Assembly: GCA_964016885.1 (NCBI GenBank)
Contig: OZ024741.1
Location: forward strand, 126,914,001-126,978,000
Direction: 5' to 3'
DNA: 64,000 nucleotides
From: Eledone cirrhosa
Lineage: Eukaryota
Part shown: positions 40,901-52,438 of the stretch, piece after piece
Layout of the letters: every line of letters begins with the position of its first letter
Numbering within the stretch: the first letter of the stretch is position 1
Notes under the pieces: generated by a model
Told to the model about the DNA's origin: nothing
Databases searched by the model: none
The model's input: the letters and a program-made list of their open reading frames with translations, nothing else
Translations under genes and position numbers: made by a program

Positions 40901-43797
40901 TTTAGCTTCCAGTAGCCGGATTCTCGTCTATGAAGCCTATCTAAGCCAACCACACAGATCACGAATTTGTGGTCCGTGTAGCTGACTATCTTGAATTGTG
41001 GACAGCCTATGCTAGACCTATCTATTTCCCTACAAAATACTCTATCTAGATATGATCTGGATGACCCTATGCGATTTGTCCAAGTCCACATTGGCACATT
41101 CTGGAAATCCAATCGGTACCTGTCAGACAGATCAAAACTCCTGAGCAGGTTGGTGAGGCTCTTGCACCCTCCTCCCCTATGCGCTGATCCCACACAGTCC
41201 CAGCTTGCATCTAAGATCCCGTTCCAGTCGCCCACTAACACTAAAGAGCGGGATGTTCCAAGAAAGGTCTCCAGACACCGGAAGAAATCAGGCCGCCCTG
41301 CTCCTGTCGGGGCATAGACGGCCACTAGCCTGAAAGCTTGCCCGTCTCCGCTGTTTACGTCTAGCACCACCAACTTACCTTCTGGGTCCAGGAATATGGC
41401 CCGTATGGCGAGTTCCAAACCTCTCCGAAAAAGCACAGCAACTCCTCCCCCCGATCCCGGACGGCTGGGAGATGCGTACACATCGTAGCCGCCGAAGATC
41501 GGTGCGAAGGCCCGTGCTTCGGAGATTCTGGTCTCGCTGATGGCCACTACATCTATGTTTAGTTACCTGAGGTCGTTGAGCAGGTGGCCCTGCTTCCATG
41601 ACGACCCCAAGCCACGCGCATTTATGCTGCCTATTCTGAGTGAGGTCATGTTGAAATGGAGTGGAAAAGATGGGAAAGACCACTTACCTTACTTCTCATA
41701 GAGGAAGGATGGTTTGTCCATCCTTTTCACTGCTTGTGGCCTCCTCCGGAAAGATGTCCTTATAAATCCTCCTGGAGAGTGTTTGTCGGAAGTCTCCGAT
41801 GTCTTTGGGGAATTTTTGTTTTAGTGTCGTGTACGTTTTCTGTGTGATGCGAGTGATTTGTATGTGTGGAGGTGGTGTGAACTTTTGGGTTGTTGTGTAG
41901 TCTTTTTCTGTGATGCTGGTGTTGTGTTGGAAGTAGTGTAATAATTGGTTGTTGTTCAAATTTAATGCTGTGTAGTGTGTATCGTTTTGGTTGTTTTGTT
42001 TTGTTTGCGTTTGTTGTGGGTTTGTTTCTGTTACGCTTTTTAGTGACTTTTGTGGTGTTGGTGATGGTGGTGTTGGGGTTAATGATGGTGATGGTGTTGG
42101 TGTTTGTGGTGATGGGGTTGGTGATGATGATGTGGATGGTGGCATATCTGTCCTAACTTTTTTGTTTGATAGTTTATTTGTTTCCCTCTGTATTTTGTTT
42201 TTGGAGGGGGAAAGAAGAGAATTTTTTCTTTTTTGGTTTCTTTTTTCTTTTTTCCTGATACAGTTTCCCACTCCTCGTTGTGATAGGCCGGGGAGTGGAA
42301 AATCCTCCACAGGCGTTGGTTTGGGTTGTGGCGTGGTGGATGGTGTAGACGCTGGTGCTAGTTCTGGCGCGTTGAGTCGTGGTGGTGTTGGTTTTGCTAC
42401 TGTTGCTGGGGTTGTTGCTGTTACAGTTGCTTCTGTTGTTGCTGCTACAGTTGTTGCTGCCATCTCTGCTGCTGGTGGTGTTGATGGTTGAGTCACTGGG
42501 GTGGGTAAGAGAGGTGGCCTCAACCTTTTAGCCTGAGGGCAGAAAGCCCTTAGGTGGGTTCCTTCACCACAAACGACACACCTAGGCCTTCTGCTCTCGA
42601 TAATTACGGTGAGGTGGCTACCGTCAGTGAGGTCTATTACCTCTGGGATCTCCTCAATGCTTTTTTTGGTCCGCTTGGATCAGGAGCTCCATCCCAGATC
42701 CGGACCAGTTCTCCTGCTTTTCTTTCGCTATTTCGATTATCTTGGTGTTAGCTTCGATGCCGGCGAGGACGGCAGCTATTAGCCAGTGAATTTCGATTGC
42801 CGGTGGTCACCCTGATCTTTACGAGTCTCTGGCCACAATAGCTTGGGACGAGTGTGAAGTTGTCACTTCTTAATGGGGCCATGGAGTGTTCTCTAGCCTC
42901 CTCTGGTGTTTCAAAGAACACGTCCACGGTTCTATATTTCTGCCCACGTCTGATGTGGGTTATTTTTGACCACACATGTCCCAAAGCTTTTTGGATTTGG
43001 GACTCGGATGCCCGTTCCACTCGGCGCGATTTTATGTTAATTGTTCGATAAGACACGGTGCATAGGCGCCGATGCTCCATTTTATTAGGTGGGGCGGGGG
43101 GTGAGGCTGACCATGTATCCATCTTCCTTTACCATTTTTTTGGCTTCTTCTAATTCTTCCTGAGTTACCTGAAATGCTTCGCACTGTTTTGCTACTCTGG
43201 CAAAACTCAGGGTGCTTTTCTTAATTTCATTGTTGTTGTTGTTGTTATCGTTATTTTTGTCATTGTTAATTTTAGTTTCAGTTGTGGTGGTGGTGGCGTC
43301 AGTGGTGATCGGTGTGGAAGAGTTAGTTCATTTTGGTTGAATTCATTTCGATATCACGAGTTAATTTATTTTTTTCTTTTATTTCTGTTGTCGCGGTGGG
43401 GGGGGGGGGGGCTGTAACACCTGCAGTCATTGGTAATGGCGGGAAATGAATGTCTGCCTGAGACAAATTTAAAATATTGCTACTGCTTATATTTTTAGTG
43501 TTGGCAAACGTAGTAATATTTACAATGGTGGTGTCGGTGTGAGGTGTTAGTTTGTGAGGAAGGTGTGACTCTGAGTCGTCCATGATTTTTCAAAGAAAAA
43601 TCTTTGTTTGATAATTATATAAGTTTAAATTTTGGGCTCAAGGCCCCAATCTTTTTGAGTGTCCTTTTCAGAAATCAATGTATGTGCACTTATATACAGT
43701 TAACAATAAAAATTTTCCATAAATGGCAATCTTAAACAACTGAAAATAACAAACCTTTACTGAGCTCACGATGATACGATTTACTACGTATGTCGCC
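37986..43797 (-). mobile_element. Full-length decayed Tx1/L1-type non-LTR retrotransposon, (AAT)n-flanked
   Basis: ORF2 fragments (40852..41547 APE; 40068..40406, 39624..40064, 38884..39711 RT with YADD; 38235..38887 C-terminus) nearly identical to the 48797..52216 ORF. ORF1 fragments at 41696-43583. Confidence 0.92.
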
Positions 43798-43817
43798 AAT
43801 AATAATAATAATAATAA

Positions 43818-44345
43818 AAACAACTAAAGGTGGATAGAGTGGATAGAGTGTTATGGAATCGCTCCCGTAAGATTTTGATTTTTTACGTATTTAAAACAAT
43901 TGTGATAGAATAATTCTTATTACAAATGTAACATAAGATACCAGTTTTAACTTTCAGGAAGTGACAACGCATCACATTATGACATAGGGCTCCAATATTT
44001 AATATTTAATTTTGGATCAGAAATGTTATAGTAAAAAAAGAAAATGGCTACAAACAACAGCCAAATATCACCTCCAACACCACCACCGCCGCCACCGCCA
44101 TGACCATCACCACAGAAAATATAGCCAGCGGCTACATCAACACCATCACTACAGTACTACTATCACATCACCACCACCACTGCATCATCGCTACCGCCAC
44201 TATTCTCTCACTACCCTCTGTTAAGATAGGGGGATGGTAGTAGTCCCACTAAACATGAATAGAAGCGAGGAAGGTATCAAAAGATATAAATAGACTGATT
44301 TGGTGACCCGGTCAAACAACAACACCAAAAACATTATGGCTGTTG
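43818..44345 (+). mobile_element. Repeated segment resembling the 5' end of a related Tx1-like element
   Basis: Homologous to 54589-55330. Starts after (AAT)n, with gctcccGTAA followed by an A-rich ATGGCTACA. Confidence 0.45.
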
Positions 44346-44413
44346 TACCTCTAAACTCTCTCAAAATGTTTAGTTTAAACGAAGTCAAATCTAAACTATA
44401 ATATAATAATAAT

Positions 44414-44670
44414 AATTGTTTCTACTTTTTTGGCTCAGGGCCAGCAATTACCCAGTGCATTGGTGGTGCTTTGTTTTATCGACCCCGTATAATATAATAA
44501 TAATAATAATTGTTTCTACTTTTTGGCACAAATAATTGTTTCTACTTTAGGCACAAGGCCAGCAAATTACCCAGTACATTACTGGTACTTTATTTTATCG
44601 ACCCCGTAAGGATGAAAGGCAAAGTTAACCTCAGCGGGATTTGAACTCAGACTGTAAAGGGACGTAACAT
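44414..44670 (-). mobile_element. Tandem SINE fragments with (AAT)n tails
   Basis: Three restarts of aattgtttctactttt..ggcaca. Confidence 0.7.
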
Positions 44671-44934
44671 TTTGGCACAAATAATGATAAGCAACAAGTC
44701 GAAACAAATTTCAAAAGTTTTGAACGCAGCAACCCCTACTTCCCACGTAGCTAAAATCAAAACAGCACAGCAGCAACAATAACACTAGTAACCGTTGCTA
44801 CTGGCCTTGACAAAAGAAAAACGTAAAGGAAAAAAAAAAAACTAAGTCAGACATTCAAACATTACAATGAAACTTCTGTTTATTTTTTAAAGTTTTTATC
44901 TATTTATTTGTTTATTTATTTATGTTCTTCTACA

Positions 44935-47900
44935 GCGTGATGTTGCCACGCTAAAATCAACGGGGGTGATCAAACCACTGGGGGTGATCAAATCACCGGT
45001 GGTTATGTAACCATACATTCACCACTCCTCGATATGAGTTCGAATAAACAGTTCGAATAACGGTGAAGAGGAGACTGGAACGTTATGTGACAGACTCTCA
45101 TCTAGCAGGTGCTCCCTGGCCGAGCAGCAGGGACCTGGCTGTCATCCAAATACTGCTGGTGTTTGAGGAAGAAGAAGAAGGAAAGGAACAAGAACCAACT
45201 GGACGAAAGAATTGAATAGAACTGTTATGCATTGTTACCTGAAGAGTAACCCCAAGGAAAAAAGCTATAGGAAACGGATGCATAACATCTGGAACGAGAT
45301 TGGTCTATTTAAATTAGATGAACAAAAGTTGGCCGGGCAGGCTCAGGTAATAAGAAGTAATGGATGGATAAGCGAGCTGGAACTGGAGAAACTGAGCAGA
45401 GAGATTAGGTTGGAAATAGAGAATGGAGTATGCCAGTCAAACGAGCCAGTGGGAAATGAAGGTGAAGAGGTTGAGAAAACGGAGGAAGCATCCGAAGCAG
45501 ACATTGATCTGAATGCTGAAATAAATAATACCTGGAACAAAGATACGGCCATTGAGGAAATGAATGCTGACGGGCTAGCACAAGATTTGGTTGATATCCT
45601 AAACTTAGTGGTAGATGAAATGAACAATGATAGTGGGAAACCTATGAACCTAAGATTTGCAGACAGGAAAAAGTTAAAAGAAACAACAGCTAAGGTAAAC
45701 AAAGTCATCCCATACCTTGAGGCGAGGAACCTTCACCAATGCAAAAATATCCTCAAGGCAACAGCAAATGCGGTGAGGAAATTACTTGGCATAAAAACGA
45801 GAGGAAACAACAAACAAGAAAGATCAGAACCTTGGTGGAAGAAACGACTGAATGGTCAAATCAGGGAAATGAGAAATGACATTGGAAAGCTTGAGTCCCT
45901 ACTGAATGAGACACTACAAAACATGGACACTAAAAATAGACTGGAAATAAAGTACAAAACCAGGAGGAAAAAGCTAAATATTATCATAGAGGAACTGAAG
46001 CAATGCATTGTAGCAAAGTGTGCAAAGATCAGGCGATATGAGAGCAGAGTCAGTCAGTATAGAGAGAACCGCATATTTGACAACCAGAAGATGTTATTTG
46101 GACAGCTTGAAGGGAAAGAAAGAGGCAACGACTTGATCCCTAGGCGGAACAGACTAAGACATTCTGGAGAGGAATATGGGACCAGGATGTAAAACATAAT
46201 GATCAGGCAGTGTGAATTGAGACAGTACAAAAGGAGATTAGTGAACAGGCACACCAACAAACTGATTTGAGTATCACAGTTGAAACTCTTAAGGGGCAGG
46301 CCAAACAACTAACCAACTGGAAATCACCAGGCCCAGATGGTGTGCAGGAGTATTGGATTAAAATATAACATCCCTCCACCCGAAACTGACAACCATGTTT
46401 AATGACTGCTTGATGTCAGGTGAGGTACCAGAGTGGTTGACAAAAGGTACCACAGTTTTGGTAATGAAAGACCGAATCAAGGGTAATGATGTTACCAACT
46501 ATAGACCCATCACATGTCTGTCTGTAATGTGGAAACTGTTAACAAGCATTGTGTCTGAGGAAATCTACCATCACCCCCACATAAACAACTTATTACCGGA
46601 CGAACAGAAAGGATGCCGAAAGAAGTCCTGTGGTACAAAGGACCAGTTACTTATTGATAAGATGGTAATGAGGAATTGCAAGAGGAGACACACTGGTCTT
46701 GCCATGGGATGGATAGACTACAAAAAGGCATTCGACATGGTACCTCATTCTTGGATAACCAAACGCCTAGAGATCTTCAGAATGGCAGATAACATCAGAC
46801 AGTTGTTGAGCAAAAGTATGAAGTCCTGGAAAACAGAGTTAAAATTGGATGGAGAATCCTTGGGAGGCGTGAAAATCAAGAGAGGTATCTTCCAGGGAGA
46901 TAGTTTGTCCCCTCTGTTTTTTCTCATTGCCCTGATGCTCTAACCATTATACTGCGAAAAGTGAGAGCAGGATACAAGTTGCGAAAAGGAGAGCTTACCA
47001 TCAATTACCTCCCCTTCATGGACGATCTTAAGCTCTTCGGGAAGAGTGAGGAGTTGGATGTACTTGTTGACACTGTCCGTATTTTCAGCAATGATATATG
47101 TATGCAATTTGGTATTAGTAAGTGTGGAGTCCTAGTGATGAAGAGGGGTAAATTGAGCAGAAGCAACGGAATCCAGGTACCAACAGGTGAAATTGGCACT
47201 GAAGAAGGATACAAATATTTAGGTGTTCTGGAGGCAGATGACATCAAGAACAAAAAAATGAAGGAATTGATAAGATCTGAGTACATTAGGGAGTAAGGAG
47301 CGTATTAAAATTACATCTGAACAGTAGGAATGCCATAAGTGCAGTGAATTCCCGAGCTGTGTCTATTATTAGGTACAGTTCGGGAATTCTGAAATGGAAT
47401 GTTCCTGAACAAAAAGAAATGGATAGGAAGACTAGGAAGCTATTGACTATCTACATGTTCCACAAGGAGATGAAGGTGGAAGAGGTATTATCAGCATAGA
47501 GGACTGTGTTCAGATGGAGAAAAACAACCTACACAAATACGTGACTGACAATAGGCAGCCAATGCTCAGAATTGTACTGAAGGAGAGGACAATAGACCAG
47601 GGGATGTCTAAGGAGGAAATAACAACAAGGAGGAAGAGCAACCTTCATGAAAAATCCCTTCATAGTACCTTCTTTGAGAAAACTGAATTTAGAGATCCAC
47701 AGACATGGAACTGGTTGAAAAGAGAAGACCTTAAAAAGGCTACAGAAGGAATGCTAATGGCTGCACAAGAGCAGGCCCTCAAAGCGAAGTGGCTGAAACA
47801 CCGTATTTACAAGGAGGAGGCTATCCCACTGTGCAGGATCTGTGGAGAGAGAGTGGAGACTATGGCTCACATTGTATCCGAGTGTAAACACCTAGCCCAG

Positions 47901-48480
47901 ACTCACTATAACGGCTGGAGACATGATGTGATGGGCAGGGTGATCTACTGGCACCTATGCAAAGTAAACAATTTACCACATTCTGAGAAGTGGTATGAGC
48001 ATAAGCCAGAGTCGGTGATAGAAAACGATCAGGTGAAGTTGCTGTGGGATTTTAGGATACAGACGGACAAGAAACTGGAACACAATAGACCTGACCTGGT
48101 GGTTTTGGACAAGGAAAAAAGATCGTGCCTGATTGTGGATGTGGCCTGCCCATTCGACACGAGAGTGCAAGAGAAGGAGAGGGAGAAAATTAACCGATAC
48201 CAGGACTTAAAGTGGGAGGTAAAAAGGATTTGGAACTGCTATGAAGTCAAAGTGATCCCGATTGTCATAGGCGCACTAGGGACTATCTCAAAAAGTTTCC
48301 AGGGATGGTTAAAGAAAATTGGCCCCTTCACGCTTTTTGGAACGCTTCAAAAGGCATGCTTGCTGGGAACAGCAAGAACCCTCCGATACGTCCTGAATAT
48401 CTGAGGCTGCAGGTAGTGGCTTGATATTCATTTCAACAAACTTTCCAGTTAACTAACATCAATGACTGAGACTCAAAGAG
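44935..48480 (+). mobile_element. R4/Dong-type RLE non-LTR retrotransposon, decayed (5' boundary approximate)
   Basis: NYRPITCL, WIDYKKAFD.VPH, GIFQGDSLSP, FMDDLKL, CRICGERVETMAHIVSEC, RHD and NRPDLVV..IVDV (PD-D/ExK). Ends at (TAA)n. Confidence 0.92.
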
Positions 48481-48498
48481 TAATAACAATAATAGTAA

Positions 48499-48541
<43 letters not shown>

Positions 48542-48796
48542 AATAATGATTTCTTTATTAACCACAAGGGTTTACATAAAGTAGACATTAAGGACAGTGC
48601 AGGACAATGCAGGACGGTACAAATGGGCATTTCTGCGTGTAAAAAACAAAAACAGAGGGTGTAACAAAAAATAACAATGAAAAATTCCCCAATAGGGGGA
48701 GACTTCGGAGGGACATTTGTGGAGAAAGGCCAGTAAAAAGCCACAATGACCCTGACCACCAAGGCAAGTGCCCTCTCCCAGTTTTCCACCTTTAAT

Positions 48797-51700
48797 TTAC
48801 AGATATATACTCAGAGTAGGCCCATTCACTCGGGCCATTCTTGCTTCTCTCACCCATCTTTCAACAAAATGCTGGGAAGAGAGCACTTCCCTCTCTACTC
48901 TGATTTTCCTTTTCAAATGAAATTTGAAAAAGTCAATCAGAGCATCACCGAAGAGGTAAGTGCTCGTCTTCAGCCCTTTCAAACGTGTCCACCATACTAT
49001 CTCTTTCGCCATGGCCACCAGGCAGATAAAAACTGCCTGCCCTTCCCGGCTAAAGGAGGAGGGCGGGGCAATCCTCACGATGGACTCAGATGATAGCCGG
49101 ATCCGTCCTAAACGCGACAGCAGGTGTTCGACATAAACCCACAAGTCAGCAATTTTCGGACACTGGACGAGTGCGTGCAGGACGGTTTCGTCGCCCTGCG
49201 CGCATCTCGGACATGCCCGGCTGACGGCACCTCCATGCCTGTAGAGTTTATCCCGAACTGGCAAGGCTCCTCGGTAGCACTGCCAGGCCAGAGATTTCTG
49301 GAAGTTGTCCATAGGCCCTGGCCCGAAAGTTCTTCCGAAGAGATTGGCTAGTTGATTTTCGTCGACGCCTAGAGTTTCCCCAAGTACGTCGTCGCTCTTC
49401 CCCTCCACTAATCCTCTATAGAACGCCGAGGTGGAGTTTCCACCGATCACATTGCCCGATTGGTCGAGGGCTGTGAGCGCCTGAAGACATTCCAGTCTCC
49501 AGGCGCTCCCTCTCGGTCTTCGCTTGACCCAGGACTGCAGCTCCGTCAAGGAAACGAGCTGGGGAAAAACGCGTCTAGCAAACGGCGACCACACCTGATC
49601 ACCGTCGAGGAAGAGGTGGAGATGTCGTAGCCTGAGCGCGTGCCTGCGCATCATCAGCCACGGCATGCCCAGCCCTCCACGTAGCGGGTGTTGACAACAG
49701 ATGGACCGCCTGACCATCGGAGCGCGTCCCTTCCACAAAAAGCGAAAGAGCAAACGCTCCAGCGCAGTCAGGCGAGGCTTAGGACAAGGTACGACGGTCA
49801 GACGGTAGCAGATGACGGACGCGATGTACGCGTTAGCCACCTCCGCTCGACCTTTCAGGGATAGCTTCCTCTCGGCACATTTCTGGGTGAGAGAAGCCAC
49901 CCTGCTCGTCACCTCGTCCCAGTTTTTGTCCGTCTGGAGGTCCGGACCGAACCAGACCCCTAGCAATTTAACCGGTCCGTCCGTCCAGCGTCCGACGACG
50001 CTGTTGGACGGCATGGACCTGCCTCTCCAGGTGCCGAGCTGCAGGCCCACTGACTTTTCCTGGTTGATCATTGCTCCTGTCACCGCTTCGTATTCTCTTA
50101 GTGTAGTGCCGATCGCCTCGATGTGTTTGGCGCTCGACACCACTACGGTGACATCGTCCGCATATGCTGACACTGATCTTCCGCATCCTAGTTCGCGCGG
50201 GACTCCCCTCAACGTCTCCAGTTTGTGCAGTAATGGCTCGAGAGTCAATACGTACAAGAGGGACGAGAGGGGACATCCTTGGCGGACCGAGCGCATGATG
50301 TTGAACGGTTCCGACAGGTGACCGTTCACTCTCACCACAGAGCAGATGTCGCTGTGCATGGCAGCGATCCAGCCTCTGAAGACGGGCCCAAAGCCAGCCG
50401 CCCTCAGGACTGCCGCTAGGTAACGATGGTCGACCCTATCGAAAGCTTTCGACTGATCTAAATTGATCAAGGACCCACCCGTGCCAGGTTCCCTAGCTAC
50501 CCTCTCTACGATGTATCGCATGAGGTGGAGGTTGTCGTGGATGGATCTGTCGGGAATGGCGCATGTCTGCGCCTCTCCCACCAGACCACCAACGACAAGC
50601 GCCAACCTCTTTGCTAGCACCTTGGCCAAAATCTTAAACTCTGTGTTTAGCAGAGTTATGGGCCGGAAATTGTCTATGTTATCCCCCTTGTTCGGATCCT
50701 TTCTCAGTAGTGCCACCGCTCCTCGGCTCACAGAACTGGGAATTCTCCCGTTCTGTTGCCAGTTGCAGTAGACGTCCGCCAAGAGGCCTCCGAACAAGTC
50801 TGGCATCTGTACGTAAAGTTCATAGGGCAGACCATCCAAACCAGGCGATTTACCCCTTGTGCAGCCAGTCATTGCCTCCCTTACTTCAGCGGCTGTTATC
50901 GGCTTTTCGCAACACTTCGCCTCAGTGGCCGAGAGCCGCGGCAGTCCGTCGAGGTAGACACTAAAGTCCATCCCTCTACCCGGCCCCCCGCTGCCCCCGA
51001 ACAGCTGAGCGAAGTGTCGCTGAAAAGCTTCACACATTTGCCCGGGATCGAGTAGCATGCGCCCGTCGTGGTCCACCAAAGACCGGATCGTGCCTTTGTT
51101 GCCACGACGCGCCTCCGCCACTCGGGCCCATTGAACGGCTTTCGTCCCCTCGTGTCTGAGAGCACGCACCCTAGCTCTGACAACGCAGCCTTCGTGCTTT
51201 GCATTGAAGAATTGGTCAAGGGCCAATTTCTCCGCAAGCACGTCGGTCGCAATGCCTTTGCTAAGCGCCTCGTCTAATTTTCTAACTAGTTCTCCCTCTG
51301 CTCTATTTTTCTCTATTGCTAAAGCCTTACTAAACCTAATCGATTCTATTCTAATCGCTCTTTTCAGAGCAAACCACCACTTGTTGTTGACGATGGCCCC
51401 CGTCAACGCCCGCTTAACTAGTTCGCTAATCCGGTCTCTGTAGGCCTTGCGCGCTGGTAAGGACGCGTTTAGCTTCCAGTAGCCGGGTCCTCGTCTATGA
51501 AGCCTATCTAAGTCAAGCACACAAGTCACGAATTTGTGGTCCGTGTAGCTGACTATCTTGAATTGTGGACAGCCTATGCTAGACCTATCTATTTCCCTAC
51601 AAAATACTCTATCTAGATATGATCTGGATGACCCTATGCGGTTTGTCCAAGTCCACATTGGCACATTCGGGAAATCCAATCGGTACCTGTCAGACAGTTC

Positions 51701-52216
51701 AAAACGCCTGAGCAGGTTGGTGAGGCTCTTGCACCCTCCACCCCTATCCGCTAATCCCACACAGTCCCAGCGTGCATCTAAGATCCCGTTCCAGTCGCCC
51801 ACTAACACTAAAGAGCGGGACGTTCCAAGAAAGGTCTCCAGACGCCGGAAGAAATCAGGCCGCCCTGCTCCTGTCGGGGCATAGACGGCCACTAGCCTAA
51901 AAGCTTGCCCGTCTCCGCTGGTCACGTCCAGCACCACCAGCTTACCCTCTGGGTCCAGGAAGATGGCCCGTATGGCGAGATCCAAACCTCTCCGAAAAAG
52001 CACAGCAACTCCTCCACCCGATCCAGGACGGCTGGGAGATGCGTACACATCGTAGCCGCCGAAGATCGGTGCGAAGGCCCGTGCTTCGGAGATTCTGGTC
52101 TCGCTGATGGCCACTACATCTATGTTTAGTGACCTGAGGTCGTTGAGCAGGTGACCCTGCTTCCATGACGACCCCAAGCCACGCGCATTTATGCTGCCTA
52201 TTCTGAGTGAGGTCAT
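48797..52216 (-). CDS. Tx1/L1 ORF2: AP endonuclease, reverse transcriptase and CCHC knuckle
   Basis: 1139 aa uninterrupted. INARGL, AISET, VYAP, LVGDWN, SYLDR, TDHK; KSPGLDG, FRPITLLN, LDQSKAFDRV, RQGCPLS, YADD; CPRC….ETVLHALVQC. Confidence 0.95.
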   Translation of the reverse strand: MTSLRIGSINARGLGSSWKQGHLLNDLRSLNIDVVAISETRISEARAFAPIFGGYDVYASPSRPGSGGGVAVLFRRGLDLAIRAIFLDPEGKLVVLDVTSGDGQAFRLVAVYAPTGAGRPDFFRRLETFLGTSRSLVLVGDWNGILDARWDCVGLADRGGGCKSLTNLLRRFELSDRYRLDFPNVPMWTWTNRIGSSRSYLDRVFCREIDRSSIGCPQFKIVSYTDHKFVTCVLDLDRLHRRGPGYWKLNASLPARKAYRDRISELVKRALTGAIVNNKWWFALKRAIRIESIRFSKALAIEKNRAEGELVRKLDEALSKGIATDVLAEKLALDQFFNAKHEGCVVRARVRALRHEGTKAVQWARVAEARRGNKGTIRSLVDHDGRMLLDPGQMCEAFQRHFAQLFGGSGGPGRGMDFSVYLDGLPRLSATEAKCCEKPITAAEVREAMTGCTRGKSPGLDGLPYELYVQMPDLFGGLLADVYCNWQQNGRIPSSVSRGAVALLRKDPNKGDNIDNFRPITLLNTEFKILAKVLAKRLALVVGGLVGEAQTCAIPDRSIHDNLHLMRYIVERVAREPGTGGSLINLDQSKAFDRVDHRYLAAVLRAAGFGPVFRGWIAAMHSDICSVVRVNGHLSEPFNIMRSVRQGCPLSSLLYVLTLEPLLHKLETLRGVPRELGCGRSVSAYADDVTVVVSSAKHIEAIGTTLREYEAVTGAMINQEKSVGLQLGTWRGRSMPSNSVVGRWTDGPVKLLGVWFGPDLQTDKNWDEVTSRVASLTQKCAERKLSLKGRAEVANAYIASVICYRLTVVPCPKPRLTALERLLFRFLWKGRAPMVRRSICCQHPLRGGLGMPWLMMRRHALRLRHLHLFLDGDQVWSPFARRVFPQLVSLTELQSWVKRRPRGSAWRLECLQALTALDQSGNVIGGNSTSAFYRGLVEGKSDDVLGETLGVDENQLANLFGRTFGPGPMDNFQKSLAWQCYRGALPVRDKLYRHGGAVSRACPRCAQGDETVLHALVQCPKIADLWVYVEHLLSRLGRIRLSSESIVRIAPPSSFSREGQAVFICLVAMAKEIVWWTRLKGLKTSTYLFGDALIDFFKFHLKRKIRVEREVLSSQHFVERWVREARMARVNGPTLSIYL

Positions 52217-52438
52217 GTTTAAAATAGAGTGGAAAAGATGGGAAAGACCACTTACCGTACTTTTGGTAGAGGAGGGATGGTTTTTACATCCCTTTTCACT
52301 TGATCGTCTGGTGAAGGGACCGTTGAATCGTCCCTTCGGCTGGTCGTCGGCTCTTCTAAGAGAATGTCTGAATATACTCTTCGATTAATGGTTCCTCCTA
52401 GGTCCCTGAAATCACCAACTGCGTTGGGGAATTTCGTT

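Noticed and set aside
44725-45035. HDV-like ribozyme at the 5' end of the first Dong element
   Set aside because: L3-like words (ttcccac, tcctcg) are present, but P1/P2/P4 could not be assembled.
49124-52129. Plus-strand ORFs overlapping Tx1 ORF2
   Set aside because: Antisense shadows of a GC-rich coding sequence.
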